Source of the DNA: Polyangiales bacterium
GTDB taxonomy: Bacteria > Myxococcota_A > Polyangia > Polyangiales > Polyangiaceae
Assembly (NCBI GenBank): GCA_038230375.1
Contig: JBBRNJ010000002.1
Location: 128,001-192,000 of the forward strand
Direction: 5' to 3'
DNA length: 64,000 nt
Below the pieces are notes generated by a model. It had not been told where the DNA came from, did not search any database, and was given only the letters and a program-made list of their open reading frames with translations. This document shows positions 48,566 to 58,922 of the stretch, in pieces. Position 1 is the first letter of the stretch, and each line of letters starts with the position of its first letter. The translations under genes were made by a program, and so were the position numbers.

Positions 48566-49330
48566 ATGAAACTCTCCGATCTCAAAATCATCGTGTCTGG
48601 TGGTGCGCAGGGTATGGGTCGTCACTTCGCGCTTCGGCTCGTCGAAGCGGGCGCGAGCGTCGCGATCGGTGACGTGAACGAGGCTGGCCTCGAGGAGACC
48701 AAGGGCGCAGCCAAGGGCCCCGGCAAGATCTTCGCGAAGAAGCTCAACGTCGCTGACGAGGGTGAGGTCGGTGCGTTCGTCGCATGGGCGTTCGAGTCGA
48801 TGGGCGGCCTGAACGGGCTCGTCAACAACGCCGGCATCCTGCGCGATGGCCTGCTCGTGAAGAAGGACCGCGAGACCGGCGCTGTGAAGAAGCTCACGAA
48901 GGAGCAGTGGGACGCAGTGATCGGCGTCAACCTCACGGGCGCCACGCTGCTCGCGCGCGACGTCGTCGCGACCATGGTCGAGAAGGACCAGAAGCCCGGC
49001 GTGATCGTGAACATCTCCAGCGTCGCGCGCCACGGCAACCGCGGTCAGTCGAACTACACCGCAGCGAAGGCAGCGCTCGCCGCGAACACCGTGACGTGGT
49101 CTCGCGAGTTCGGTGCGTTCGGCATCCGCGTCGGCGCGGTCGCGCCCGGCATGATCGAGACACCCATGACGCAAGGCATGAACCAGAAGGCGCGCGACGC
49201 GCTCGTGGCCGCCATCCCGGTCGGTCGCATCGGCGTGCCCGAGGACATCTGGCTCGGCGTGAAGTTCGTGCTCGAGTGCGACTACTTCAACGGCCGCACC
49301 ATCGACGTCGACGGCGGCCTCTCGATGTGA
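48566..49330 (+). CDS. FabG-like short-chain dehydrogenase/reductase
   Basis: SGGAQGMG, NNAGILRDG, NISS, Y...K (YTAAK), VAPG, VDGG. Confidence 0.92.
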   Translation: MKLSDLKIIVSGGAQGMGRHFALRLVEAGASVAIGDVNEAGLEETKGAAKGPGKIFAKKLNVADEGEVGAFVAWAFESMGGLNGLVNNAGILRDGLLVKKDRETGAVKKLTKEQWDAVIGVNLTGATLLARDVVATMVEKDQKPGVIVNISSVARHGNRGQSNYTAAKAALAANTVTWSREFGAFGIRVGAVAPGMIETPMTQGMNQKARDALVAAIPVGRIGVPEDIWLGVKFVLECDYFNGRTIDVDGGLSM

Positions 49331-49561
49331 GATCGCGGGTGTAGCGGGGTGTGATGGTTTTTGGAGGTGTGACGTACGGTTAGCGTGTGTCACACTTGCA
49401 CGTCGCGCGTGCCAAGCAACACTCCCGTGAACCGCGTCCACCCTTACGCACCGACCACCGCCTCAGACTTGACGCTTAGGTGCGCGAAAAAAGTGATCTT
49501 TATATCTTGCGTCGGCCCCATTTTCTGCGATTACAGAAAGTGACGTTCGTGTGACGACGAG

Positions 49562-51103
49562 ATGGCGATCGCAGACATATTCCAGCCCCGGGTGACGGAG
49601 GACACAAACGCCCCAGTGCAAAGGCTGCCGGGTGGCGTGCGCCTCGGCGTCCATGATGCGTCTCGCGTCGAGTGGAGCTTCTCCGTGCCGCTGCCGGAAG
49701 ATGCACCGCTCAAGTACAGCCTCTCGGTCCGGATGCAGATCCCCTCCATCGTGCGGCAAGAGCCGTGGGAGCAGCTGCAGTCGTTCACGCGTCTCGATGG
49801 GCCGCTGCTCACAGGCGGTCGCGGTGCGCCGGTCACGGTCGATGCGCTTCGTCGTGGTGCGCTGGCGCTCGTCGCGAAGCTCTCACGCGCGAGCGACGCA
49901 TTCGCCCGCTACTGCAGGCTCGCGGTGAACGCGCGTGATGTCATGACGGCGGGCGAACTGGAAGAGGCGCTCCTTGTCTGGCTCGATGCCGCAGAGCGCA
50001 CGCTCGAGGATGGTCGGTCGCGCTTCGCCGCCAAGATCGAAGGCGAGGCCACCGAGGTCTCGCTGGAGCGCGAGCTCCTTGACGAGTACACGAGCGTGCG
50101 GTTCCTGGAGATGCTCGCGGCCTCCGAGCGCGCGCTTGGTCAACTCGCCACGTCGCTCGCATTCTCGCCAGCGCTCCTCACCGCGGTCTCGAACGTCGAG
50201 TCGCGCGTGGCGGACATGCTCGGGGGTGAGCTGCTTCACCGCGCGGACGCCGGCTACATCAAGACCGACCCGTCCTCGTCCGAGGCGCTCGAGCGCTACC
50301 TGGAGCGCTCCAGCCGGCTGAAGAAGCACTTCCAGGAGGTCCTCTTCCTCGAGGCCGAGACGTTCCAGGTCGCAGAGCGCATCCACCACTACGTGGCCGC
50401 GCTTGCGGCACTTGTCGCGTCGACCTGGGCGTTCGCGTGGCAGATCGCGCTGACGAACCGCGGCGTGTCCATGGGCTCGCAGGTGAGCTCTGGTATCGTC
50501 ATCCTCGCCGTGCTCGGCGGCATCGTCTACGCCGGTAAGGATCGGCTGAAGGAAGTCGGGCGCATCTGGGTGAGCCGCAAGGTCCACCGCGTCCTTGGTG
50601 CTCAGCGCGTCGCTCGCTATCGCGCGCCCGCGAAGCGCCTGCCTGGTCGCGACGTGATCGTGCACGCGCGCGAGTCGTTCGATCAGAACGTGGAGCAAGT
50701 GCCCGACACGCTGAACCCGGAGAGCGGCGCCACGATGAGCGTCAAGGTGCTCGAATACAAGCACCGCGGCACCGTGCGCCCGCAGGCGACGCTCACGGAG
50801 TCGGGCGTTCGCCGCGTGAAGCACGTCTTCCGCTACGACATGTCCCCGCTGTTCGCGCACCTGGACGACGCGAAGAAGTCCATCCCCGTCCTTGACGAAG
50901 GCTCGCGTCGCGTGCGCTTCATCGACGCGCCGCGCTGCTACAGGATTCCCATCACGATGACGCTCGAGCAGGGCGGCGCGGAGTGGTCCGAGACGGCAAC
51001 GCTCGTGCTGCACAAGAGCGGCCTTGCCCGGATCGAGCGCCCCGCACGCACGCGCGAGGACAGCGATCCCGCGTTGATGGACACGGCGCTCGAACCCGGC
51101 TAA
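49562..51103 (+). CDS. conserved hypothetical protein with two central TM helices
   Basis: 513-aa ORF with strong codon bias; TM pair followed by Y..KDR.KE. Confidence 0.7.
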   Translation: MAIADIFQPRVTEDTNAPVQRLPGGVRLGVHDASRVEWSFSVPLPEDAPLKYSLSVRMQIPSIVRQEPWEQLQSFTRLDGPLLTGGRGAPVTVDALRRGALALVAKLSRASDAFARYCRLAVNARDVMTAGELEEALLVWLDAAERTLEDGRSRFAAKIEGEATEVSLERELLDEYTSVRFLEMLAASERALGQLATSLAFSPALLTAVSNVESRVADMLGGELLHRADAGYIKTDPSSSEALERYLERSSRLKKHFQEVLFLEAETFQVAERIHHYVAALAALVASTWAFAWQIALTNRGVSMGSQVSSGIVILAVLGGIVYAGKDRLKEVGRIWVSRKVHRVLGAQRVARYRAPAKRLPGRDVIVHARESFDQNVEQVPDTLNPESGATMSVKVLEYKHRGTVRPQATLTESGVRRVKHVFRYDMSPLFAHLDDAKKSIPVLDEGSRRVRFIDAPRCYRIPITMTLEQGGAEWSETATLVLHKSGLARIERPARTREDSDPALMDTALEPG

Positions 51104-51113
51104 CTCGCCGCAC

Positions 51114-52817
51114 GTGAGCCGGCCGCAAGAGGACGCGCACGAGAGCAACGACGAGATCGGACCCGCGTCAGATCGCCGGCCCTTGCTGTGGCCTGACTTC
51201 AGGCCCGAATGGGTGCTGTTCGAGGACGCGCACGTGATCTTCGCGGACAAGCCCTGCGGCGTATCCACGCAGGCCGCGGATCCGACAGAGCCGGACGATC
51301 TGGTGCTGCGCCTTGGGCGCTACCGCGAAGCACGCGGCGAGCCTTCGTACCTGGGCGTGCACCAGCGGCTGGACAAGGAGACGAGCGGCGTCATGGTCTT
51401 CGCGAAGGAGAAGACGGTGAACGCGCACCTTGCCAAGGTCTTCGAGGGGCGCGAGGCAAAGAAGGTGTATCTTGCATGCGTCGAGGGCTTCCGCGGCGAC
51501 GGCGGCCCGATGGACGACGTGCTGGACGGCAAGAAGGCGCGCGCCGTGGTGAAGGTGAAGAAGCGAGCGGGGAAGCGCGCTCTCCTGGAGATCACGCTCC
51601 TCACCGGGCGCATGCACCAGATCCGTGCGCAGCTCGCAAAGCGTCGGGCCCCGGTGTGCGGGGACGCCCTGTATGACGGGCCGCCCGCGCCCCGACTCAT
51701 GCTCCATGCGCATGCGCTGTCGTTCCCGAAGCCCGAAGGCGGCGTGTACGAGGTGACGTCGAAGGCGCCGCGCGAGCTCACGACGTGGGTGGAGGGCGCG
51801 CGCGACACGGACGTGTACGAGGACGCAGCGAGCGTGCGCCGCGTGCTGCATCGCGCGATGGAGCGCCGATTCGGCCTGGGTCGTAGCGATCACACCAACG
51901 CATTCCGTCTGGTGAACGAGGAAGGCGACGGCCTCCCGCGGCTCGCGGTGGACGCCTACGACGGATGGCTGGTCGCGCAGCTCTACGGCACGGACGGGCC
52001 GTGGGCGAAGAAGGAGACGCGCGACCGCGTGCTGGACGAGCTCCTCGCGCTGGGTTTTCGCGGCATCTACCTCAAGGTGCGCCCCAAGCAGGCGAACGAG
52101 CTCGTGGACACCCGCCGTGAGGACCTCGCGCCGAAGCTGCCGGTGCGCGGAGAGGCAGCGCCCGACGCATTCGTCGTACACGAGCTCGGTGTGCCGTACA
52201 CGGTCAAGCTCGGCGACGGCCTATCCACGGGCATCTTCCTGGACCAGCGGAAGAACCGGCGCCTCGTGCGCGAGCTCTCGAACGGCGCGCGTGTACTGAA
52301 CCTGTTCTCGTACACGTGTCCCTTCACGGTGGCAGCGGCGGTGGGCGGCGCGTCGCAGACCGTGAGCGTGGACGCTGCGCCCGCGTCGCTCGAGTGGGGA
52401 ATGAAGAACGTGGTCGCTGCCGTGGGTGAGGCGGACCGCAAGAAGCATGCGTTCGTCGCCATGGACGTGTTCGCGTACCTCGCGCGCGAGGAGAAGCGCG
52501 CGACCAGGTTCGACCTTGTGATCGTGGACCCCCCGAGCTACTCGAACACGAAGCGCCATCGCTTCTCGGCTACCTCCGACTATCCAGCGCTGCTCGCGAG
52601 CGCGATGCGCCTCTGCGCCCCTCGAGGGCGGATCGTTGCATGTTGCAACCATCGCGGAATCTCGCAGTCGAAGTTCCGCAAGTTCGCGTTCGACGCCGCC
52701 CGCCTCTCTGGTCGCTCGGTGGCGCAGGCCAAGGATCTCCCGGTGGGCTCCGACTATCCGGTGGTGGCAGGCGCAGACCCACACATGAAGAGCGTCCTCA
52801 TCTCGCTGGAAAGCTGA
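51114..52817 (+). CDS. fusion of an RluA-family pseudouridine synthase and an RlmI/RlmK-like SAM methyltransferase
   Basis: DKPCG, HQRLDKETSG, TGRMHQIR, GDALY; then EGDGLP, GLSTGIFLDQR, VLNLFSYT, DPPS. Confidence 0.85.
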   Translation: MSRPQEDAHESNDEIGPASDRRPLLWPDFRPEWVLFEDAHVIFADKPCGVSTQAADPTEPDDLVLRLGRYREARGEPSYLGVHQRLDKETSGVMVFAKEKTVNAHLAKVFEGREAKKVYLACVEGFRGDGGPMDDVLDGKKARAVVKVKKRAGKRALLEITLLTGRMHQIRAQLAKRRAPVCGDALYDGPPAPRLMLHAHALSFPKPEGGVYEVTSKAPRELTTWVEGARDTDVYEDAASVRRVLHRAMERRFGLGRSDHTNAFRLVNEEGDGLPRLAVDAYDGWLVAQLYGTDGPWAKKETRDRVLDELLALGFRGIYLKVRPKQANELVDTRREDLAPKLPVRGEAAPDAFVVHELGVPYTVKLGDGLSTGIFLDQRKNRRLVRELSNGARVLNLFSYTCPFTVAAAVGGASQTVSVDAAPASLEWGMKNVVAAVGEADRKKHAFVAMDVFAYLAREEKRATRFDLVIVDPPSYSNTKRHRFSATSDYPALLASAMRLCAPRGRIVACCNHRGISQSKFRKFAFDAARLSGRSVAQAKDLPVGSDYPVVAGADPHMKSVLISLES

Positions 52818-52845
52818 TCGCGGGCATGCGAGAAACGAGCACCGC

Positions 52846-54366
52846 ATGACGACAAGCGCTTCCACGGTGCCAACGAACAAGCTCCCGTTCATGGACCAGG
52901 TGCGGCAGTTCCGCAGGCCGTTCTGGTTCGCGAACATCATGGAGCTGATCGAGCGGCTCGCGTACTACGGCGTCCGCGTCGTCATCCCGATCTACATCGC
53001 AAGCTCGGAGGACCCGAACGGCCTCCACTTCACGAACTCACAGAAGGGCACGATCCTCACGGTCTGGGCGCTGGTGCAGTGCCTCTTGCCCATGTTCACG
53101 GGCGGGTTCGCGGATCGCTATGGTCGCAAGCCCACGATCGCGATCTCGATCGGCATCAAGATGACCGGCTACCTGCTCATGGCCTCGCAGCACACGTTCT
53201 GGGGCTTCTTTCTGGCATGCCAGGTGCTGGCGGCGGGCACCGCGATCTTCAAGCCTGGTGTCCAGGGCACGCTGGTGCGCGGCACCACCAAGGAGAACTC
53301 GTCCGTCGGCTGGGGCTTCTTCTATCAGGTGGTGAACATCGGTGGGTGGCTCGGGCCGCCGCTCGCGGGCTATCTGCATCGCCTTGCGTGGAAGTGGGTG
53401 TTCATCTCGTGCGCGGTGATCGTTTCCACCAACTTCCTGATGCTGCTCCTCTACAAGGACGACGACGGCGAGCTCGCAGACGCCGCGGAGAAGAAGCGCG
53501 CGGAGGAGGCGGGCGAGAAGCCGAAGGAGAAGGAGAAGGACAAGAACCCGTGGGAGGTGCTGGTCTTCTCCGTGAGCACGATGTTCCGGCCGCGGCTCAT
53601 CTCGTTCATCCTGATCATGAGCGGCTTCTGGGTCATGTTCATGCAGCTCTACGACGCGCTGCCGAACTTCATCGAGGAGTGGACGGACAGCGGCTCGCTC
53701 GTGGCAAGCCTTGGCCTCAAGGAGGGCCTGCTCGCGCAGATGACGCCGCGCGGCCTGCAGGTCCCGCAGGAGTGGATGATCAACCTGGACTCGACGGCGA
53801 TCGTCTTCTTGATGATCCCCGTCGCGGCGATCACGTCGCGCATCAGGCGACTGCGGTCGATCTTCATCGGCATGTTGATCGCGTGCGCCGGCCTCCTCAT
53901 GTGCGGCCTCACGACCAGCGGCGGGCTTTGCCTGTTCGGTATCTTCGTGTTCGCCATTGGCGAGATGACGGCGGCGCCGAAGATGAACGAGTACCTGGGC
54001 GTGATCGCGCCGAAGGGCCAGGAGGCGCTCTACATGGGCTACGCGAACGTGCCCTTCGCGGTGGGATGGACGGCGGGCGCGTACGTCGCGGGCAACGTCT
54101 ACGAGTCGCTCGCGGACAAGGCGAACCTGGCGACGCGCTACTTGAAGGAGCACGGTCAGTCGGTGGAAGGGCTGGAGCGAACGAAGGCGATGGCAGCCCT
54201 GCAGGACTTCACACACATGGACGCGCGCGCGGCCACGCAGATGCTCTGGGACACGTACCACCCGTACACGTTCTGGTACCCCTTCGTGGCCGTTGGCCTC
54301 CTCTCCGCAGTGGGCATGTTGATCTACGGACGCCAGGCCTCGAAGTGGACCACCGAGAACGCCTGA
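52846..54366 (+). CDS. MFS transporter, POT/PTR-like
   Basis: ELIERLAYYG (ExxER), GFADRYG, IFKP, FYQVVNIG, IGEM. Confidence 0.85.
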   Translation: MTTSASTVPTNKLPFMDQVRQFRRPFWFANIMELIERLAYYGVRVVIPIYIASSEDPNGLHFTNSQKGTILTVWALVQCLLPMFTGGFADRYGRKPTIAISIGIKMTGYLLMASQHTFWGFFLACQVLAAGTAIFKPGVQGTLVRGTTKENSSVGWGFFYQVVNIGGWLGPPLAGYLHRLAWKWVFISCAVIVSTNFLMLLLYKDDDGELADAAEKKRAEEAGEKPKEKEKDKNPWEVLVFSVSTMFRPRLISFILIMSGFWVMFMQLYDALPNFIEEWTDSGSLVASLGLKEGLLAQMTPRGLQVPQEWMINLDSTAIVFLMIPVAAITSRIRRLRSIFIGMLIACAGLLMCGLTTSGGLCLFGIFVFAIGEMTAAPKMNEYLGVIAPKGQEALYMGYANVPFAVGWTAGAYVAGNVYESLADKANLATRYLKEHGQSVEGLERTKAMAALQDFTHMDARAATQMLWDTYHPYTFWYPFVAVGLLSAVGMLIYGRQASKWTTENA

Positions 54367-54484
54367 CCCGCGCTCCCATTTGCGTGTGATCTTGGTGTGT
54401 TGCAGCAGGGCCAAGAAAAGACGGTCGGGGGTGTAAGAATGGTCTCGGTGGATGCGTTCTTGATGGCGAACGGAGGGATTGGTC

Positions 54485-55426
54485 ATGATGAAGCGTCTCT
54501 GGTTGTTTTGCGCGGTTCTGTTCCTTCTCGCGGGTTGCGGTGGCGCTGCGGAGAAGTCCGCGCAGGCACCGGCAAACGCCGGCTACGCCCGCGGTGGCGG
54601 CGCGCAGCAGAACTCTTCTAGCCCCAGCACTGCAGGCGTCTCCATGGACGCCCCTGCTCCTCCGCCGGCCGCAAGCGCGCCTGCGGACTTCTCTCCCGGC
54701 TCCGGCAGCTCAAAGTCCGCGAGCAGCGAATCACAGCCCACGCGTCCGAGCCCCGAGCCGCGGGAGCGCCAGGGCCTTGGCACCGAGTTTGGCGAGTCGC
54801 GCACCTCGCGCGTCCACGACGTGACCTTCGTCCGCGCCGACCACGACCGCCCCATGGGCCTTGCGCAGATCTTCTACAACGACAGGAACGGCGTCGATGC
54901 GCTCGCGAACTTCCACGCGTCGAAGGGCCCCCGCGGCCGTGACATCGAGGCGGCCGACGGCGCAGTGACCGTCAGCATTCGTGACGGCAACGGCGACGCG
55001 CTCGAGACCTCGCGCATCGGTGACCGCACGTACATCGTCGGTCAGGCCGGCCAGCGCTACACCATCACGTTGCAGAACCGCACCCAGCACCGCTTCGAGG
55101 CCATCGCCACCGTGGACGGCCTGGACGTCATCAACGGCAAGACCGGCACGCTCGACAACCGCGGCTATGTGCTCATGCCCTTCGCCACGCTGGAAATCGA
55201 GGGCTTCCGTCAGAGCCAGGACGCAGTCGCCAGCTTCCGCTTCGGCGCAGTCGCCGACAGCTACGCGGCGCAGACCGGCAGCGCGCGCAACGTGGGCGTC
55301 ATCGGTATCGCCTTCTTCTCCGAGCGCGGCGACAGCTTCGTCAGCGAGCGCGAGCTCCGCCTCCGCGACAGCGCGAATCCCTTCCCGGGCTCGGACCCCC
55401 GCTTCGCGCAGCCCCCGCGTCGCTGA
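54485..55426 (+). CDS. conserved lipoprotein
   Basis: Lipobox LAGC; domain GQRY.I.LQN...VDGLDVING...GYV...SYAA.TG..NVGVIG. Confidence 0.75.
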   Translation: MMKRLWLFCAVLFLLAGCGGAAEKSAQAPANAGYARGGGAQQNSSSPSTAGVSMDAPAPPPAASAPADFSPGSGSSKSASSESQPTRPSPEPRERQGLGTEFGESRTSRVHDVTFVRADHDRPMGLAQIFYNDRNGVDALANFHASKGPRGRDIEAADGAVTVSIRDGNGDALETSRIGDRTYIVGQAGQRYTITLQNRTQHRFEAIATVDGLDVINGKTGTLDNRGYVLMPFATLEIEGFRQSQDAVASFRFGAVADSYAAQTGSARNVGVIGIAFFSERGDSFVSERELRLRDSANPFPGSDPRFAQPPRR

Positions 55427-55445
55427 GCCGAACCAGAGACGAGTG

Positions 55446-55491
55446 AACGTGAGAGCGCGATCGGCGAGAGCTGGTCGCGCTTCTCTCGTTT
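55446..55491. terminator. stem-loop with a GAGA tetraloop between convergent genes (probable terminator)
   Basis: GCGCGATCGGC-GAGA-GCTGGTCGCGC, 11-bp stem with two G-U pairs, followed by TTCTCTCGTTT. Confidence 0.65.
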
Positions 55492-55492
55492 G

Positions 55493-56938
55493 TCAGTCGG
55501 CGGGCTTCGATTGCAGCTCGTCGAGGGCGACCTTTGGTCCCTTGAAGCGCTTCTGCACCACCAGGAAGTAGAGAAGGCAGAGGACCACCACGGTGCCCGC
55601 AAGGAGCTTGCCGGCCAGCGCGTTCGGCGGGAGCCCGCACACCACGATGACGAAGACACACCAGAGGACCGAGATGAGCGAGACCACGCTGCCCGCGCGT
55701 CCAAGGGTGAAGGGGCCTTGCCGGCGCCACTTCCCCGAGCGGCGCGCGAGCAGGCCGAAGAAGATCGGCATTCCGTAGCTCGCGTAGAGGGCCATGGCGC
55801 TCATGGCCGCGACGGCAGGGAAGACGTCGTCACTGAGGCGTGACGTGAGCGCCACGAGCAACAGCGGCGCGACGAAGAACGTGCATACTGCATACGTTGG
55901 CGTCTTGAACGTGGGGCTCACGTGGGAGAGCACATGTGGGACGCCACGGTCGCGCGCGAAGGCGAAGAGCGTGCGGGACGCGGACGTCACGCTGGAGAGG
56001 CCGCAGAACCACATGGCGAACAGCGCGAGCGCCATGGACCATCGTCCGGCGTTCGGGCCCAGCGAGTCGCGCATGATGCGGAGCGCGGCGTGCTTGTCGT
56101 CGGCCGTGGCAGCGAGGTCGTTGATGCCGAGCGTGAGCCCGCAGAGCAGCGCATAGCCCACCATGGCGCTGACGATGACGCTCGACATGATACCAAGGGG
56201 CGACTTGCGCGCGGCGTCGCGCGTCTCCTCGGCGAGGTGGGCGCTTGCGTCGTACCCGGTGAACGTGAACATGCCGAGCAACAGCGCGTTCAGGAAGCCC
56301 ATGCCGTAGTGGTGATCCGCGCGCGTGGTGAAGCCGGTCTGCGCCAGGTAGCCCACGTCGTGCTTCTTCGCGAACGCGAACAGCAGCACCACCAGCACCG
56401 CGACGCCGACGATGTGCACCGTGGCGGAGAAGTCGTTCAGGATGGCCACGAGGCGCACCCAGAACAGGTTCACGATCGCATGTGACAGCAGGATGCCGGC
56501 GTAGATCCGAAACGTGTAGGATGCATCGAGTTCGAGCGTGCCCACAAGCTGGTCGGCCAGGCCAAAGTCGATGGCGGCGACGATCGCGACTTGCCCGGTC
56601 AGGTTCACCGCCGCGGTCATCCAGCCAGCGCCCTTGCCGCCAAGGAGCGACGACCAGTGGTAGAGCGCGCCGGCCGTGGGGAAGGCGCTGGACAGCTCCG
56701 AGAGCGAAGCGGCGACCGCGATCGTCCCCACGCACACGAGCGGCCAGCCGAGGCCGAGGCCCGCGGGTCCACCTGCCGACAGCGCGTCCTTGTAGGTGGT
56801 GATGATCCCCGTGACCACGCTGATGACGGAGAAAGAGAGCGCGAAGCTGGAAAACCCGCCCATCGCGCGGAAGAGCTCCTGCGCGTAGCCGAACTTCGAC
56901 AGCTCGCTCTTGTCGATCTCGTCCTCCGCGCGGCCCAT
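55493..56938 (-). CDS. APC-superfamily amino acid/polyamine permease
   Basis: FGYAQEL.R, FALSFS, ELSSAFPTAGALY.W, GYDASAHLAEET, ASR..FAFARD. Confidence 0.92.
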   Translation of the reverse strand: MGRAEDEIDKSELSKFGYAQELFRAMGGFSSFALSFSVISVVTGIITTYKDALSAGGPAGLGLGWPLVCVGTIAVAASLSELSSAFPTAGALYHWSSLLGGKGAGWMTAAVNLTGQVAIVAAIDFGLADQLVGTLELDASYTFRIYAGILLSHAIVNLFWVRLVAILNDFSATVHIVGVAVLVVLLFAFAKKHDVGYLAQTGFTTRADHHYGMGFLNALLLGMFTFTGYDASAHLAEETRDAARKSPLGIMSSVIVSAMVGYALLCGLTLGINDLAATADDKHAALRIMRDSLGPNAGRWSMALALFAMWFCGLSSVTSASRTLFAFARDRGVPHVLSHVSPTFKTPTYAVCTFFVAPLLLVALTSRLSDDVFPAVAAMSAMALYASYGMPIFFGLLARRSGKWRRQGPFTLGRAGSVVSLISVLWCVFVIVVCGLPPNALAGKLLAGTVVVLCLLYFLVVQKRFKGPKVALDELQSKPAD

Positions 56939-56985
56939 CGCGAACGACCGTACCTCATCTGGGAAAATCGACTAGTCTGCGTTCC

Positions 56986-57516
56986 GTGACAGACGACGAC
57001 GACGACATCAAGCCCGTGAAGAAGAAGGTGGCGCTCAAGCCGAAGAGCAAGAGCGCGCCGCCGCGCTTCCAGGTGGCGAATCGCGTCGTCAAGTTGCTCG
57101 CGCTCGCAGTAGGCGCGTTCATCTCCGTCGTCGGCTGGATGAGCATCTTCGGCCTCTTGATTGACAGCGGCATCGTGCGCTTCGTCCTCGCGCTGCTCCC
57201 GACCATCGGCGTTGGCCTCGTGATCGTCGATCGCGTGCTGAAGCGCTTCAACGTGGAGGATCGCGGCGGGGCCATGCTGGACGTGTATGCCGTGTTCCTC
57301 ATGGTGCAGGCCGTTCTCTTCGTGGTGCTCGGCGGCGTGACCCACGGTGCGTTCACCAAGGAAGGCGATCACTACGCGAAGTCTGGCTCCCGTGGCCTCG
57401 CTCGCGCGGCGTACCTTCTGGGGGGCAAGAGCCCGAGCTTCCCGGACGAGCCCGCTGGCGGAGCGTCTGGGGCAGCAGACGCCGGCGCCGGTGACGCAGG
57501 AAAGGCGGCACGTTGA
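56986..57516 (+). CDS. hypothetical membrane protein (3 TM)
   Basis: Three hydrophobic segments; TGATG coupling to the next gene. Confidence 0.65.
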   Translation: MTDDDDDIKPVKKKVALKPKSKSAPPRFQVANRVVKLLALAVGAFISVVGWMSIFGLLIDSGIVRFVLALLPTIGVGLVIVDRVLKRFNVEDRGGAMLDVYAVFLMVQAVLFVVLGGVTHGAFTKEGDHYAKSGSRGLARAAYLLGGKSPSFPDEPAGGASGAADAGAGDAGKAAR

Positions 57517-58922
57517 TGCGCACCTATGGAGTCTTCCTGGCCCTGCTGGGCATGCTCGTCGCGGTCGGCTTCCTGCTCGGCACGACCCCGCGCGACGCGT
57601 ACAAGGCGCCCGCAGAAGAGATCGACCCCGACGTGGACGGTGGCGCCGCGCTCTCGGACGCGCGCGCGCCAGAGGCCGGAGCCACCGCGCCGATGGAGGC
57701 CGCAGCCCCGATCGTACCCTCGAACAAGCTTCGCCTTGCTGTGCTCTCGTGGGAGCTCGCCGCGCCGATCGCCGGGATGGATCCGGCGATGGTGGAGGCG
57801 ACCGTGCTCTCCGTTCCGCAGGGCGTGGAGACACGGCTCGCGCGCGGCGGTGACGACACAGAGGGCGCAGACCTGGCCGTCGTGCCGCTCGCCGAGTTCA
57901 TCTCCATGTATGACCGCCTGCGCGCGCTGGAGCCCAGCGTCGTTGCGATCGCCGGCTACTCGCACGGCAAGGAGGAGCTCACTGCACCAGGGGACGCTGC
58001 CGCTCCCAAGGCCGGTGAGACCGTCGGCACCTCCGGCGAGGCCGCCGCGACCATGCTCTCCATCTACGCGCTCGACTTCATGAGGACCGACGTGTCCAAG
58101 GTGAAGCTCGTGAGCGATCCTGCGGACGTCGCGAACGCCGCATGGGTCACCGGGCCGCACGCCGCCACCAAGAAGCGCATCGTGCTGTCCTCCGCCGATG
58201 CGTCGCGCCTGCTCCCGGCCGTGATCATTGCGCCGCGCCGCACGCGTGAGGCGAAGAAGGCGGACCTCGTGAAGTTCGTGGCCGCATGGTTCGAAGGCAC
58301 CGCGCGCGTGCGTGGCAATGCGCCGGGTGTCGCGAAGGAGCTCGAGGCCCGCAAGGCGCCGCTGTTCTCGGGCGCCAGCGAGAAGCCGCAGGGCGCGCTC
58401 GCCATCGTCGAGCGCCTTGGTCAGATCGAGTGGACGACGCCGCAGGACAACACGGACGCGTTCGGCATCACGGAGTCCAAGGTGATGCACGTGGACGACC
58501 TGATGACGCTGTCGTGGCGCTTGCTTCGCACCGCGGGGGTCATCGCGGCCAGCACGCCCGCGCAGCTGCCGATCACGAAGGACATCGTAGCCGAGGCCGC
58601 GAAGGTCACGCCCCCACCACCAGGCGACGCACCCAAGGCGCCCGCGGAGCTCATGGACGACGCGGGCGCGCCGAAGGGCCTGAACGTGCTCCTCACGCGT
58701 CGCTACGACGACCTGGACGAGGCCACGTTGCTCGCGGACATCGCGCAGACCGCGCGTCTGTTCGACCACGGCATCGTCCGTGTGACGACCCGGGGCGGCG
58801 ACAAGGCCTCGCGCACGCTCGTCTCGAAGGCGCGCAAGGAATCGCTCACGGAGCGTATTTTCCCGGGGAACGTGGCGCTCGGAACCGCGGCGGCCGCGCT
58901 CGAAGTCTGTGTCGCTCCCTGA
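57516..58922 (+). CDS. exported protein resembling a divergent NMT1/TauA-type substrate-binding protein
   Basis: N-terminal anchor; GADLAVV, SHG.E, LSSADAS.L, FVAAWFEG pattern; weak recognition. Confidence 0.5.
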   Translation: MRTYGVFLALLGMLVAVGFLLGTTPRDAYKAPAEEIDPDVDGGAALSDARAPEAGATAPMEAAAPIVPSNKLRLAVLSWELAAPIAGMDPAMVEATVLSVPQGVETRLARGGDDTEGADLAVVPLAEFISMYDRLRALEPSVVAIAGYSHGKEELTAPGDAAAPKAGETVGTSGEAAATMLSIYALDFMRTDVSKVKLVSDPADVANAAWVTGPHAATKKRIVLSSADASRLLPAVIIAPRRTREAKKADLVKFVAAWFEGTARVRGNAPGVAKELEARKAPLFSGASEKPQGALAIVERLGQIEWTTPQDNTDAFGITESKVMHVDDLMTLSWRLLRTAGVIAASTPAQLPITKDIVAEAAKVTPPPPGDAPKAPAELMDDAGAPKGLNVLLTRRYDDLDEATLLADIAQTARLFDHGIVRVTTRGGDKASRTLVSKARKESLTERIFPGNVALGTAAAALEVCVAP

